64,000 nt of DNA from NCBI GenBank assembly GCA_965207225.1, contig CBDBLV010000004.1, forward strand, positions 32,001 to 96,000, written 5' to 3'. Source of the stretch: Dehalococcoidia bacterium (GTDB lineage Bacteria; Chloroflexota; Dehalococcoidia; Plut-88900). Shown in pieces: positions 10,075-19,838 of this stretch (position 1 is its first letter; every line of letters starts with the position of its first letter). A program made the translations under genes and the position numbers. A model generated the notes under the pieces. It did no database searches. It had not been told where the DNA came from and saw only the letters and a program-made list of their open reading frames with translations.

Positions 10075-10236
10075 CCGTTCAGGCAGGTCTCCTGACTTGC
10101 GGGTTGGGTCTGTGCCCCGATCCCTTCCCACCGGCGTACCGGCAGTGGTCTCGGGCCAAGTTCCCCGCTTACAGTGGCGCTACCGTGGCGGTCTTTCACC
10201 GCCTTCCCTATTCTCCCTGGGCGGGCACCTGAACGG
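10075..10236 (-). ncRNA. Cobalamin (AdoCbl) riboswitch
   Basis: Minus strand reads AGGTG..AATAGGGAAGGCGGTGAAAGACCGCC..GCCACTGTAA..CCACTG..GGGAAGG..AAGTCAGGAGACCTGCC (B12 box). Closed by CCGTTCAGG/CCTGAACGG; upstream of the btu/cob operon. Confidence 0.96.
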
Positions 10237-10265
10237 GCAGTGTATATGTTTTTGAGTTGCGGGGT

Positions 10266-10294
10266 ATGATAGGGGTGCCGTGAGAGCGTGTCAA
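10266..10294 (-). promoter_or_regulatory. Sigma70 promoter of the riboswitch-btu-cob operon
   Basis: TTGACA-N17-TATCAT on the minus strand, about 30 nt upstream of the riboswitch. Confidence 0.8.
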
Positions 10295-10500
10295 TGGCCA
10301 GTTAGGGCGAGATGCGAGCCTGAAGGGACTACATTGCATTACATAACGTTCGTTGCTGCCCATTTTCGGACGGATAAATTCGAGGCGGAAACGAAATGAT
10401 GTCGGATTGTGGGTTGAGGGCAATGGAGGGAAGCCAATGATAGACTACCCCGATCCATTCGAGGTGTTAAGTGTCGAGATTGGGAGGGCATTGCACTGAG

Positions 10501-11016
10501 ATGGATGTATATGTGCTAAGACACGGAGTCGCGGACGAGAGGGACTTCCGGAAATATCCCGACGATGACTTACGTCCCCTGATTCCGGAGGGCGTCGACA
10601 AGCTTAGGCGACAGACCAAGGGCTTGAAAGAGATGGGATTGTCGGTAGACCTGGTGATCTCCAGCCCCCTGGTTAGGGCAGTGCAAACGGCCGAAATAGC
10701 CATGGAAGGACTGGGTATTACCAACGAGTTGGCATATTCGGAGAGCTTAGTGCCGGAGGCGCACCCCTATCTCCTGATGGAGGAGTTGGGCAACAAATAC
10801 TCGACCCAAGACAAGGTAATGGTGGTGGGACACGAGCCTCATATGAGCAGCTTTGTGTCGATGGTTGTGAGCGGAGATCCGAACGGGCTTATCCGCTTGA
10901 AGAAGGGCGCTTTGTGCAAGCTGAGGATTCCGAGGCTGGACGGAGTCAGGTCGGGTTGGCTGGAGTGGCTCATGACCCCAGACCAGATGATCAAGATGGG
11001 TGAAGGGCAAGTTTGA
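10501..11016 (+). CDS. sixA: Phosphohistidine phosphatase SixA
   Basis: MDVYVLRHG, DDLRPL, SSPLVRAVQTAEI, VGHEP, LKKG; ATG at 10501. Confidence 0.85.
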   Translation: MDVYVLRHGVADERDFRKYPDDDLRPLIPEGVDKLRRQTKGLKEMGLSVDLVISSPLVRAVQTAEIAMEGLGITNELAYSESLVPEAHPYLLMEELGNKYSTQDKVMVVGHEPHMSSFVSMVVSGDPNGLIRLKKGALCKLRIPRLDGVRSGWLEWLMTPDQMIKMGEGQV

Positions 11017-11127
11017 GGATAGAAGTCGAGGTAAGTTAGGTTACATAACGCACAATTGATACGAGAGAATGTAGAAGAGTAGGGCGAGCGGCAAAAGTGA
11101 CAAGGAATCAAGTGCTGAAGGCAACAG

Positions 11128-12054
11128 ATGACGGCCAGAAATTTACCGACTGAGGAAGAGGTTCTGGGTTATGCTGAGAGCTACTCCAACTGGGGCCGGT
11201 GGGGGCCGGACGACCAATTGGGGACACTAAACCTAGTGACGGCTGAGAAACGTCTGCAGGCTTCTCGGTTGGTGAAAGAGGGCGTTTCCGTCTCCTGCTC
11301 CTGGACCATCTCGCCAGACCTGCCGGGGGAAACGATGTCGCAGGTGCTGCACTACATGACGGCGACGGGGGAAGCTGGTCAGGAGGCAGAGGAATCGGGG
11401 GACTTTATGGGGATTGCCTATCACGGCAACACCATCACTCACGTGGATGCGCTTTGCCACATCTTTTCCGGCGGGAAGATGTACAACGGATTCCCGGCCA
11501 AGCTGGTGAATAGCGAGTCGGGAGCAGAGGTGGAGTCGGTGGAGTTGCTGGCGCAGGGGGTCGTCACCCGGGGCGTGCTACTGGACATTCCTCGGCTTCG
11601 CGGGGAGCGATACCTCGATGGCCCGGACCCAATCTTACCTGACGAGCTTGAAGAGGCAGAGAAGGCCCAGGGGGTGAAAGTGGAGTCAGGGGACGTTTTG
11701 CTCATTCGGACGGGTCACCTGGCGAGGTGCTATGCGGGGGAATTGTCGGCGTCGGATGATCCGAGGCCCGGGCCACATGCCTCCTGCATACCGTGGTGGA
11801 GAGAGCGAGACATAGCCATGCTGGCGGGAGACCAATCCAACGAGGTGTTTCCATCGGGATACGAGGGCATAAGGTCGCCAAACCATTCGATTGCTCTGCC
11901 TCACCTGGGGCTGTGGCTGATAGACAATGCCAACCTGGAGGACCTGGCCGAGGCCTGCGCCCAGCGCAGGCGGTGGGAATTTATGATGGTCATTGCGCCA
12001 CTCAGATTCAAGAACGCCACCGGATCTCCGGCCAATCCACTCGCAATTTTCTAG
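11128..12054 (+). CDS. Cyclase family (kynurenine formamidase-like) metallo-hydrolase
   Basis: NWGRWGPDDQLGTLN, HGNTITHVDALCH, RGVLLDIP, GDVLLIRTG, TGSPANPLAIF. Confidence 0.88.
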   Translation: MTARNLPTEEEVLGYAESYSNWGRWGPDDQLGTLNLVTAEKRLQASRLVKEGVSVSCSWTISPDLPGETMSQVLHYMTATGEAGQEAEESGDFMGIAYHGNTITHVDALCHIFSGGKMYNGFPAKLVNSESGAEVESVELLAQGVVTRGVLLDIPRLRGERYLDGPDPILPDELEEAEKAQGVKVESGDVLLIRTGHLARCYAGELSASDDPRPGPHASCIPWWRERDIAMLAGDQSNEVFPSGYEGIRSPNHSIALPHLGLWLIDNANLEDLAEACAQRRRWEFMMVIAPLRFKNATGSPANPLAIF

Positions 12055-12099
12055 CCGAGAGTATGGGTTAGAAGGTTCGTCAAACAAAGGGCCAATGCC

Positions 12100-12540
12100 A
12101 TGCGAATGACCAATGAAGAAGTGAAGCAATACCTGGATGAGCCCCGAATAGCTAGAGTAGCGTCGAACAGCCCAAGCGGGTATCCGTACTTGGTGGCTAC
12201 ATGGTATGCGTACGAGGATTGTGAACTGTACTTCTTCTGTGGGAGGCGAGCGCCGAGGGCGTCGGCGCTGCAGGAGGACCCGAAGATGGTCTTCCTAATC
12301 GACGATGACCATTACCCGTACAAGCACGTGACGATTCATGGGATTGGTCACTTGGAGGAGTCGCAGGCAAGGACCGATGAGTACGTCGAGAGGATAAGCA
12401 TCAAGTATCTCGGGCCTGATATGGGTCTCAAGTACGCGGAGTCTCTAAGGAGTTCAATCGACCCGGTTCTCATTAGGGTGGAGATAACCAAGCTGATTTC
12501 GTGGGACTACTTCACGGGTGGCTACAGGACCAAGGCCTAG
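12100..12540 (+). CDS. Pyridoxamine 5'-phosphate oxidase-like (PPOX/FDOR) protein, possibly F420-binding
   Basis: MTNEEVKQYL..IARVAS..GYPYLVATWY, DPKMVFLID, PYKHVTIHG, KYLG, ISWD pattern. Confidence 0.78.
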   Translation: MRMTNEEVKQYLDEPRIARVASNSPSGYPYLVATWYAYEDCELYFFCGRRAPRASALQEDPKMVFLIDDDHYPYKHVTIHGIGHLEESQARTDEYVERISIKYLGPDMGLKYAESLRSSIDPVLIRVEITKLISWDYFTGGYRTKA

Positions 12541-12576
12541 GGGCGTGGGCGTACAAGTCCCGGTGACGGCGGTGGG

Positions 12577-14979
12577 ATGAAGACGGCTCTGGGCGGCATA
12601 CGCATCCTGGACATGGCTAGGGCGGAGGGCCAGTTTTGCGGTCGGGTACTGGCGGATGTCGGGGCGGAGGTGATCAAGGTGGAGCCGCCGGAGGGAGACC
12701 CGGCACGACGAGAGCTACCCTTGATGGCAGGTAGGTTGGAAGGTGAGTCGGGGCTGGGGTTCATTCATTTCAACACGAACAAAAAGAGCGTCGTACTTGA
12801 CCTGAACACAACCGAGGGCCAGTCACAACTCCTCCGGTTGGCATGTACTGCGGATGCGGTCATAGAGACCGGGGGGGAATCGTGGATTAACTACGCTATG
12901 CTGGAAGAGGCGAATCCGGGGCTGGTTCGGGTTTCGATCTCGGGGTTCGGGTTGGAGGGGCCGCACAGCAGGTGGAAGGCACCGAGCATCGTGGTGTCGG
13001 CAATGGGCGGGATCATGTACCTGTGTGGGTCGCCGGAGAAGGCACCTCTCGCAGAGCCCGAATACCAGCGGTTTCACCTAGCGTCGACGTTTGCGGCATA
13101 TGGGCTTCTACTGGCGTTGAGGGCTCGGGAGGGGAGTGGGAGAGGGCAGCGTGTTGAGGTATCGTGCCAGGAGGTAAATGCGTCCCAGCAGCACGTGGTG
13201 GTGAACTACGGTGCCAATGCGGCGGTACTGGTGCGAGAGGGAAACCGGGGGCCGTTGGGTGGGGGGATGCCGGAGGGGGTATATCCGGGGAGCGACGGCT
13301 TTTGCCACGTGGTGATAATCCCCCGGGGGCACTGGCGGAGCCTGCTAGAGTGGATGGGCAATCCCGAGCCCTTGACAGACCCGATCTGGGAAAACAGGCA
13401 CGTGCGCAACGCCAACCTGAACTTTATTGAGCCTCCGGTTCTAGACTTCATGAAAGGGCTGACCAAGGAGCAGCTGTTCAGGCAGGGACAGGACCGTAGG
13501 GTGCCGATTGGGCCTATCAACCGTCCGGATGAGTTCACCCGGGACCCGTATGCCGCAGAGCGAGGGGTGTTTCTTGAGGTGGAGAGGCAGGGATCGGGAC
13601 GATGCATACAGGTCGGGAGCCCATTCAGGATGAGTGAGACCCCGGGTGCGATATTCGCCCCGGCCCCGCGCCTGGGGGAGCACAACGAAGAGATTTTGGG
13701 GGGCACAGCCTTGCAAGAGCCCCAGAAGCAGTCGACTGCAGGCAATCCTCGTCGAGCAAACAAAGCTGGGACCGGGTTGCCGTTGGAAGGCATCCGGGTG
13801 TTGGACTTCACCTTTGCGATTGCCGGGCCGGTGCTGACGCAGCTGCTGGGGGAGAACGGGGCCGAGGTGATAAAGGTGGAGTCGGAGGCGAGGCAACAGA
13901 GGGGTCGGGCGCGGGAGGGGCTGGACCCGAAGGTGGTCCTACAGCAGAGGGTCACCTTTGCCGACGTGAACCGCAACAAGCTCAGCGTTACAGTGAATAT
14001 GGGTAAGGAGGAAGGGCGGGAGGTGATCCGGAGGTTGGCCCCGCTATGCGATGTGGTGGTGGAGAACTTCAGTCCCCGGGTTATGGACAGGTGGGACTTC
14101 GGATACGAGCAATTGAAGGAGCTGCGGCGGGACATCATCATGGCCCGGCTGCCGGCTTTCGGGCTATCTGGGTACCACCGAGACTACCTGGGTATGGCTT
14201 CCATAGCCATGAGCATCACGGGGCTTTACCACCTGTGGTCGTATCCCGACGAGCCAGAACCCGCCGGCCCTCCCGTCTGGACGCCCGACTATCTGAGCGC
14301 GGCCATGGGCAGCGTAGCTATCGTGGCTGCGCTGCGGCATCGGGACCGTACAGGAGAGGGGCAACTGATAGAGCTGGCGCAGACTGAAGCCCTGGCCTCG
14401 ATTCTAGGTGCAGAGTACATGGACTATCTTGTCAACGGTTCAGTGAGTGAGCCGATGGGCAATAGACACTCGTGGATGGCGCCGCACGGGGCGTACAGGT
14501 GCAAGGGCGAGGATGCCTGGTGCGTAATTGCGATCGGGAGTGAGGAGGAGTGGGAGAATCTGTGTTGGGTGATGGGGAGCCCGGTATGGTCTCGGGAGGA
14601 TAAGTTTGGGGACATGGCGAGCCGGCATGCAAATCAGGACGAGCTGGATGCGAGGATAGAGGAGTGGACTCGAGAGAGGACGCCGGAGTCGGTGGTTGAG
14701 ACACTGCAGGGAGTCGGGGTGGGGGCTGGGGTGGTGCAGGACGGGAAGAGGCTATTCAATGATCCACATCTGAGGGCTCGGGGGTTCTTCACTCCCTTAG
14801 ATGATCCGGGCACCGGGTCGATGGACTATCCGGGGCCATACATACGGCTATCAGATACGCCGGGTCGAGTGGAGAGGTGTCACGGGTTTGGGGAGGACAA
14901 CTTGTACGTGTTTGGGGATCTACTTGACATGCCGGTGGCGGAGGTGGAGAGGCTGGCGAAGATTGGGGTGTTGGCCTAG
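12577..14979 (+). CDS. Family III (CaiB/BaiF) CoA-transferase, tandem two-domain fusion
   Basis: Two repeats: LGGIRILD..LADVGAEVIKVEPP..NTNKKS and LEGIRVLDF..AGP..GAEVIKVES..NRNKLS..VENFSP. Confidence 0.92.
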   Translation: MKTALGGIRILDMARAEGQFCGRVLADVGAEVIKVEPPEGDPARRELPLMAGRLEGESGLGFIHFNTNKKSVVLDLNTTEGQSQLLRLACTADAVIETGGESWINYAMLEEANPGLVRVSISGFGLEGPHSRWKAPSIVVSAMGGIMYLCGSPEKAPLAEPEYQRFHLASTFAAYGLLLALRAREGSGRGQRVEVSCQEVNASQQHVVVNYGANAAVLVREGNRGPLGGGMPEGVYPGSDGFCHVVIIPRGHWRSLLEWMGNPEPLTDPIWENRHVRNANLNFIEPPVLDFMKGLTKEQLFRQGQDRRVPIGPINRPDEFTRDPYAAERGVFLEVERQGSGRCIQVGSPFRMSETPGAIFAPAPRLGEHNEEILGGTALQEPQKQSTAGNPRRANKAGTGLPLEGIRVLDFTFAIAGPVLTQLLGENGAEVIKVESEARQQRGRAREGLDPKVVLQQRVTFADVNRNKLSVTVNMGKEEGREVIRRLAPLCDVVVENFSPRVMDRWDFGYEQLKELRRDIIMARLPAFGLSGYHRDYLGMASIAMSITGLYHLWSYPDEPEPAGPPVWTPDYLSAAMGSVAIVAALRHRDRTGEGQLIELAQTEALASILGAEYMDYLVNGSVSEPMGNRHSWMAPHGAYRCKGEDAWCVIAIGSEEEWENLCWVMGSPVWSREDKFGDMASRHANQDELDARIEEWTRERTPESVVETLQGVGVGAGVVQDGKRLFNDPHLRARGFFTPLDDPGTGSMDYPGPYIRLSDTPGRVERCHGFGEDNLYVFGDLLDMPVAEVERLAKIGVLA

Positions 14980-16193
14980 CCTGCAGAGGCCAGATCAAGC
15001 CTCGGGGGGAGGGTGACGGGGCCGGAGGCCCGGGAGGGAAGGAGGACGGTGGCAGTGCCGATGGCTGTGACCTCATCCCGGTGGTCTTCGACCTTGATAT
15101 TGATTGTCACGCGATGTTCACTATCTTTGACCTCTTTGCCGGCCACTTGACCCTTGACCCACACGGTGTCTCCGATGTAGACGAAGCGGCGGACCTGGCT
15201 ATCGAGGGATACGAGCCAAGCGTCGTCGCCCATCCAGTCGGTGACTAGATGGGCAAGCCAGGCGACGCGCTGCTCTCCGAAATCGTAGGGGTGGGGGTTT
15301 CCGGTAAGGCGGGCGATATGCTCGTCCCAATGGACGGACTCGGCGATATCCGGGACGCCGTCCGCGTTTACGACATAGGCCCTGGGGTGGGCTTTGCGCC
15401 ATTGATAGGCAAGGCGATGAGCACCTGGAAAGAGCATGGCGAGGCCGTTGCCCATCTTCCAATTGACCATATCTGTAACGGTGAGCGGGCCCTTGATAAG
15501 GGGAGGGAGGGTGTCGCCGGGGTTGACGTCTTCCCAATAGCGAGGTTGGCTGCCGCGTCGGGCTTCGGACTCGTAGGCCTTGTCGAGGCACTCAATGTCC
15601 TCGGGGGTATAGGCCTGCTTTTCGTAGTGGGCGTATTTCTTGCGCTCACCCCACTTCTTCTGCCTGCCACCTCGGAACTCCTTCTCGTCCGCCACGACTA
15701 CCAAGTCGCCGTGCTGGTTTTTGAACTCTTGCCTAATGACCTCTACTAGAGCTCTGCCGCCGGTGAAGGAGCTACGTTTCTCCTGGAAGTCCTGGCGGAA
15801 GCGCCGGGCTGACAGGGTGTCGCCGGGGTAGATGGGCCTGAGCCAGTAGATGGTCTCTCCGATATACCAGGAGTGGATGCCGCTAAGGGGGTCCCGGGAG
15901 TTGATGCGGTCCTGCTCAGTCCAGTCCCGGGGCTCGGGATTGCCGGTGCTGCGATAGAAGAGGGGTGGAGCTATCATGCCGCCCCATCGGGTCTCGGGGC
16001 CGTAGTTGCGGTCGCAGAAGAGGGGGTTGTCGTCACCCGTGCCATGGGAGAAATGGCGGATAGCGTCAGACGTTACGAACTCATTGAAAGGCTGGTGTAC
16101 CTTGAGTGGAGCGCCGATCCTGCTGCGGGCGAGGGCCAGCATTTCGTCGGTGATTACCCGCTCTTCCTCTTTTGTAGAGACTTGTTGCTCCAT
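14976..16193 (-). CDS. Tandem MaoC/FAS1-like hotdog dehydratase
   Basis: DAIRHFSHGTGDDNPLF..GMIAPP..PIYPGD, then a second hotdog domain RYWEDVNPGDTLP..VHWD..VTDWMGDD..YIGD. Confidence 0.85.
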   Translation of the reverse strand: MEQQVSTKEEERVITDEMLALARSRIGAPLKVHQPFNEFVTSDAIRHFSHGTGDDNPLFCDRNYGPETRWGGMIAPPLFYRSTGNPEPRDWTEQDRINSRDPLSGIHSWYIGETIYWLRPIYPGDTLSARRFRQDFQEKRSSFTGGRALVEVIRQEFKNQHGDLVVVADEKEFRGGRQKKWGERKKYAHYEKQAYTPEDIECLDKAYESEARRGSQPRYWEDVNPGDTLPPLIKGPLTVTDMVNWKMGNGLAMLFPGAHRLAYQWRKAHPRAYVVNADGVPDIAESVHWDEHIARLTGNPHPYDFGEQRVAWLAHLVTDWMGDDAWLVSLDSQVRRFVYIGDTVWVKGQVAGKEVKDSEHRVTINIKVEDHRDEVTAIGTATVLLPSRASGPVTLPPRLDLASAG

Positions 16194-16212
16194 GATTCCC
16201 TCGATAGGGTCG

Positions 16213-17475
16213 TTAGACGTCGAGTTCCTTCAATGCACCCGAGACGGCCCGCTCTTCCATTATGACGGCTCCTTCACCAACGAGTTCAAGCACTCTTTCT
16301 CGGGAGAAACCCAGCAGGTCCCGGAGCACCGGGACGGAATGCTCTCCCAATAGGGGGGCGTGGTCTTTGGCCCCGGAACGCGAACCTGAGAATCTGAAAG
16401 GAGAGTTGAGGACTTTGACGGGACCGAGCACGGGATCTTCGACTTCAGCCAGCAGGCCGCGCTCTTCGGTTCTCGGGTCTGCAAGAACGTCCTGAATGGA
16501 AAGGACCTCGCTGCCGACGACACCTCCAGCGTCAGTGAAGGCGTGGACGGCGTCCTTTACGGAGGGGAATGTCAGGACCCATTCTTCGATGAGGGAATCG
16601 ACCTCTCTCCAGCGCAGCTCGCGGTCCGGAGGGGTGAGGAATCGAGGGTTGGAGGCGAGGTCGGGTCTGCCCATTACCCTTGTCAGGTTCTCCCAGCCTT
16701 CCTGGGTGACTGCTGCCAGGGTGACGTAGCCGTCCCGGGCCTTGTAGATGCCGTGGACGTTGACCACGGGTCTGCTCTTCTTGGGGAGTTGCTGCCCTCC
16801 GCTGATCAGCAGGTATTCGAAGGCCCATTCGTTTTGCCATATAAGGGAGTCGACAAGGGAAAGATCAACGTGCTCTCCTTTGCCGGTAACCGACCTTCTG
16901 TAAAGGGCGGCGCAAATGGCCCCGAAGGCGTGGGATCCCCCGACGGTATCTCCCACAGCAGTGCCGACGAGCCTGGGCCGGCCGTCGGCGTCTCCGTTAA
17001 GGTGGGCGACGCCGCTCATAGCCTGGGCGGTGTGGTCGGCGGCGGGGCGGTTGACGTAGCTCCCGGTCTGACCGTAGCCGGATATGGAGCACATGATAAT
17101 ACCGGGATTGGTCAGGGACAGGGAAGGGTAGTCCAGGCCGAGGCGGGCCATAACGCCCGGCCTGTAGTTTTCGACTACCACGTCACAGAGGTCGGCCAGA
17201 TCCCTTGCTATAACCTTGCCTGACGGCAAACGGAGGTCCAGGCAAAGGCCTTTCTTGCCGACGTTGTGCTGCATGAAGTAGCCGCTGATGCCCTCCTCGG
17301 TGACGTACATGAAGTCCCGGGACTGGTCGCCTGGCGGGGGTTCGATCTTGATTACCTCGGCGCCGAGATCGCAGAGGAGCCGGGTGCAGAAGGGGCCGGC
17401 GAGGGCCCGGGTAAAGTCGAGGACTCTCACGCCTGAGAGTAGTCCGGCGGCGTTTGGAGTTGGGGTCGGGCGCAC
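16213..17475 (-). CDS. Family III CoA-transferase (CaiB/BaiF)
   Basis: LSGVRVLDFTRALAGPFC, NVGKK, VENYRPG, SISGYGQTG, catalytic GD. Likely GTG start at 17475 after AAGGA. Confidence 0.92.
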   Translation of the reverse strand: MRPTPTPNAAGLLSGVRVLDFTRALAGPFCTRLLCDLGAEVIKIEPPPGDQSRDFMYVTEEGISGYFMQHNVGKKGLCLDLRLPSGKVIARDLADLCDVVVENYRPGVMARLGLDYPSLSLTNPGIIMCSISGYGQTGSYVNRPAADHTAQAMSGVAHLNGDADGRPRLVGTAVGDTVGGSHAFGAICAALYRRSVTGKGEHVDLSLVDSLIWQNEWAFEYLLISGGQQLPKKSRPVVNVHGIYKARDGYVTLAAVTQEGWENLTRVMGRPDLASNPRFLTPPDRELRWREVDSLIEEWVLTFPSVKDAVHAFTDAGGVVGSEVLSIQDVLADPRTEERGLLAEVEDPVLGPVKVLNSPFRFSGSRSGAKDHAPLLGEHSVPVLRDLLGFSRERVLELVGEGAVIMEERAVSGALKELDV

Positions 17476-17580
17476 CAGGATATTCCTTACAAGATCTCGG
17501 TCTGTACTTACACAGTTGCCGGTATTATATAGTGGCGAAAGTTCCCAAACCCACGGTCGGCCCAGTCCCATTCCACAAAG

Positions 17581-19782
17581 ATGCTGAAAAAGACCATTGA
17601 ACCCCTTGAGCTTCTGAAGTCCCGGTTTGGATATGACCAGTTCTGGCCACTTCAGGAGGAGATAATCGGAAGTGTGTTGAAGGGTAAGGACTGCCTGGCG
17701 TTGATGCCGACGGGCGGAGGGAAGTCGCTGTGCTACCAGTTGCCGGCCCTAATGGTTCCTGGGGTGACACTGGTGGTGTCACCGCTGATAGCGTTGATGA
17801 AGGACCAAGTTGACGCTCTGAATGCAAATGGGATCCCGGCGCGGTTTATAAATAGCTCGATGTCGGGGGGTGAGATAGAGCAGGCGCAGCGGGAAGTGAG
17901 GGCCGGGCTGGTGAAGCTGCTCTACGTGGCGCCGGAGCGGCTCCCGGGGCCCGGGTTCCGGCGTTTCCTGATGGACCTGAAACTCAGCCTAATTGCAGTG
18001 GACGAGGCGCATTGCATTTCCGAGTGGGGCCACGAGTTCCGACCCGACTACCGTAACCTGGTTGATCTGAGGCGGGACTTTTCCTCGGTGCCGGTGATTG
18101 CGTTGACTGCCACGGCTACGGAGCGGGTACGGGATGACATCATCGAGCAGTTGGAATTGCAGAGAGGTCGGGTGTTCAGGTCGAGTTTCAACAGGGCCAA
18201 CCTGAGCTATTCTGTGCGGCCAAAGGCGGACTCCTGGGACGGACTAGTGTCGCTGCTGGAGAAGTACCGGGGCCAGCCCAGCATTATCTATTGCTTCTCG
18301 CGGCAGGAGACGGAGGAACTGGCTGGCAGGCTCAACAGGATGGAGTTTTCTGCAGCGCCATATCATGCAGGGCTTGATGCGGGGACGAGGAGACGGGCAC
18401 AGGACGATTTCATACGAGACAAAACTCCCATAATCGTGGCCACGATTGCCTTCGGGATGGGGATAGACAAGCCCGACGTGCGGCTGGTGGTGCACTACAG
18501 CATGCCGAAGTCGGTGGAGGGGTATTACCAGGAGACGGGTCGGGCGGGGAGGGATGGGTTGCCCAGCGAATGTGTGCTGTTTTTCTCGCTCGGGGACAGG
18601 GTGCGGCAGGACTACTTCGTCGGGCAGATTCAAGACGAGGTAGAGCGACGCAACGCCCGCGAAAAGCTGGACAGGATGGTGGACTACGCTCAGCTACCTA
18701 CGTGCAGGCGCAGCTATCTCCTGGAATACTTCGGAGAAAAATGGGGAGAGGAGAGCTGCGAGGCCTGTGATGTGTGCCTGGACCCGAGTCGGGAGTTTGA
18801 CGGGACGGAGATTGCACAGAAGATCTTGTCGGCGGTGGTGAAGACCGAAGAGAGGTTTGGGGCGACCCATGTTATCAACGTGCTAGTCGGGAGCAGGGAT
18901 AAGAGGGTGTTCAGGTTCGGGCATCACGATCTGAGCGTGTACGGGATAGTTAAGGAGTTCAGCAGGGAGCAATTGAAGGAGATTATCGGTCAGCTTCGGG
19001 CGAAAGGGTTGATGGTGAGGAATGAGGGTGAATTACCGACCTTGTCCGTTTCGGGCGAGGGATGGGAGGTGCTGAGGGGCAATGAGAGGGTGGTGTTGAT
19101 GAAGCCGGTGGACCGGGTTAGACCGAGCCGCTCGACGGTGCGGGAAGTGATGACGCAATACGACAAGGGACTGTTTGAAGAGTTGAGGGTTCTGCGCAGG
19201 CGGCTGGCCGAGGAGCGGAACGTGCCGCCCTACGTGGTTTTCGGGGATGTTCCCCTGAGGCACATGGCGGCGACATATCCTCGGAGCCGAGAGGAGTTTG
19301 CACGGATCCACGGAGTCGGGGAGGCGAAACTGGATGAGTATGGGCCGGAGTTCGTGGAGGTGATCCGGGGGTACGTGGAGGCGAACGGGATAGAAGTGCC
19401 AGCGGGGCCTGTTCCGCTGTTTCGTGATGAGGGTCGGGGGAGTGGGACATTCAGTGACGGAGTGTTAAGCAATACGTACGAGAGAACCCGAGAGATGGTC
19501 GAGGAAGGGATGACTTTGGACGAAATTGGGGAGAGTCGGGGGCTGGCGCGGAATACGGTAATCGGACATCTTGAGAGAATAGCGCGGCAGGGTGTGTCCC
19601 TTGACCTGGCTCGTATCCTTCCGGACGCGCAGAGATTTGCCAGGATAGAGCAGGCGTTTCAGCAGTCGGGGGGCGTGCTCCTCACGCCGGTCAAGGAGAT
19701 TCTCGGGGACGAATATGACTACGAAGAACTGAAGCTGGCTCGAATTCAGCTGTTTCAGACCGGAAAGCTGCCCAGTGATTAG
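17581..19782 (+). CDS. recQ: ATP-dependent DNA helicase RecQ
   Basis: PTGGGKSLCYQ, VDEAHCISEWGHEFRPDY, ATIAFGMGIDK, QETGRAGRDG, Zn-binding Cys cluster, RQC, HRDC and C-terminal HTH. Confidence 0.97.
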   Translation: MLKKTIEPLELLKSRFGYDQFWPLQEEIIGSVLKGKDCLALMPTGGGKSLCYQLPALMVPGVTLVVSPLIALMKDQVDALNANGIPARFINSSMSGGEIEQAQREVRAGLVKLLYVAPERLPGPGFRRFLMDLKLSLIAVDEAHCISEWGHEFRPDYRNLVDLRRDFSSVPVIALTATATERVRDDIIEQLELQRGRVFRSSFNRANLSYSVRPKADSWDGLVSLLEKYRGQPSIIYCFSRQETEELAGRLNRMEFSAAPYHAGLDAGTRRRAQDDFIRDKTPIIVATIAFGMGIDKPDVRLVVHYSMPKSVEGYYQETGRAGRDGLPSECVLFFSLGDRVRQDYFVGQIQDEVERRNAREKLDRMVDYAQLPTCRRSYLLEYFGEKWGEESCEACDVCLDPSREFDGTEIAQKILSAVVKTEERFGATHVINVLVGSRDKRVFRFGHHDLSVYGIVKEFSREQLKEIIGQLRAKGLMVRNEGELPTLSVSGEGWEVLRGNERVVLMKPVDRVRPSRSTVREVMTQYDKGLFEELRVLRRRLAEERNVPPYVVFGDVPLRHMAATYPRSREEFARIHGVGEAKLDEYGPEFVEVIRGYVEANGIEVPAGPVPLFRDEGRGSGTFSDGVLSNTYERTREMVEEGMTLDEIGESRGLARNTVIGHLERIARQGVSLDLARILPDAQRFARIEQAFQQSGGVLLTPVKEILGDEYDYEELKLARIQLFQTGKLPSD

Positions 19783-19838
19783 CTGAACGCAAATTATATG
19801 GAAGTCCGGCTTGGGATTAATCAGATAGGAGTTACGTA

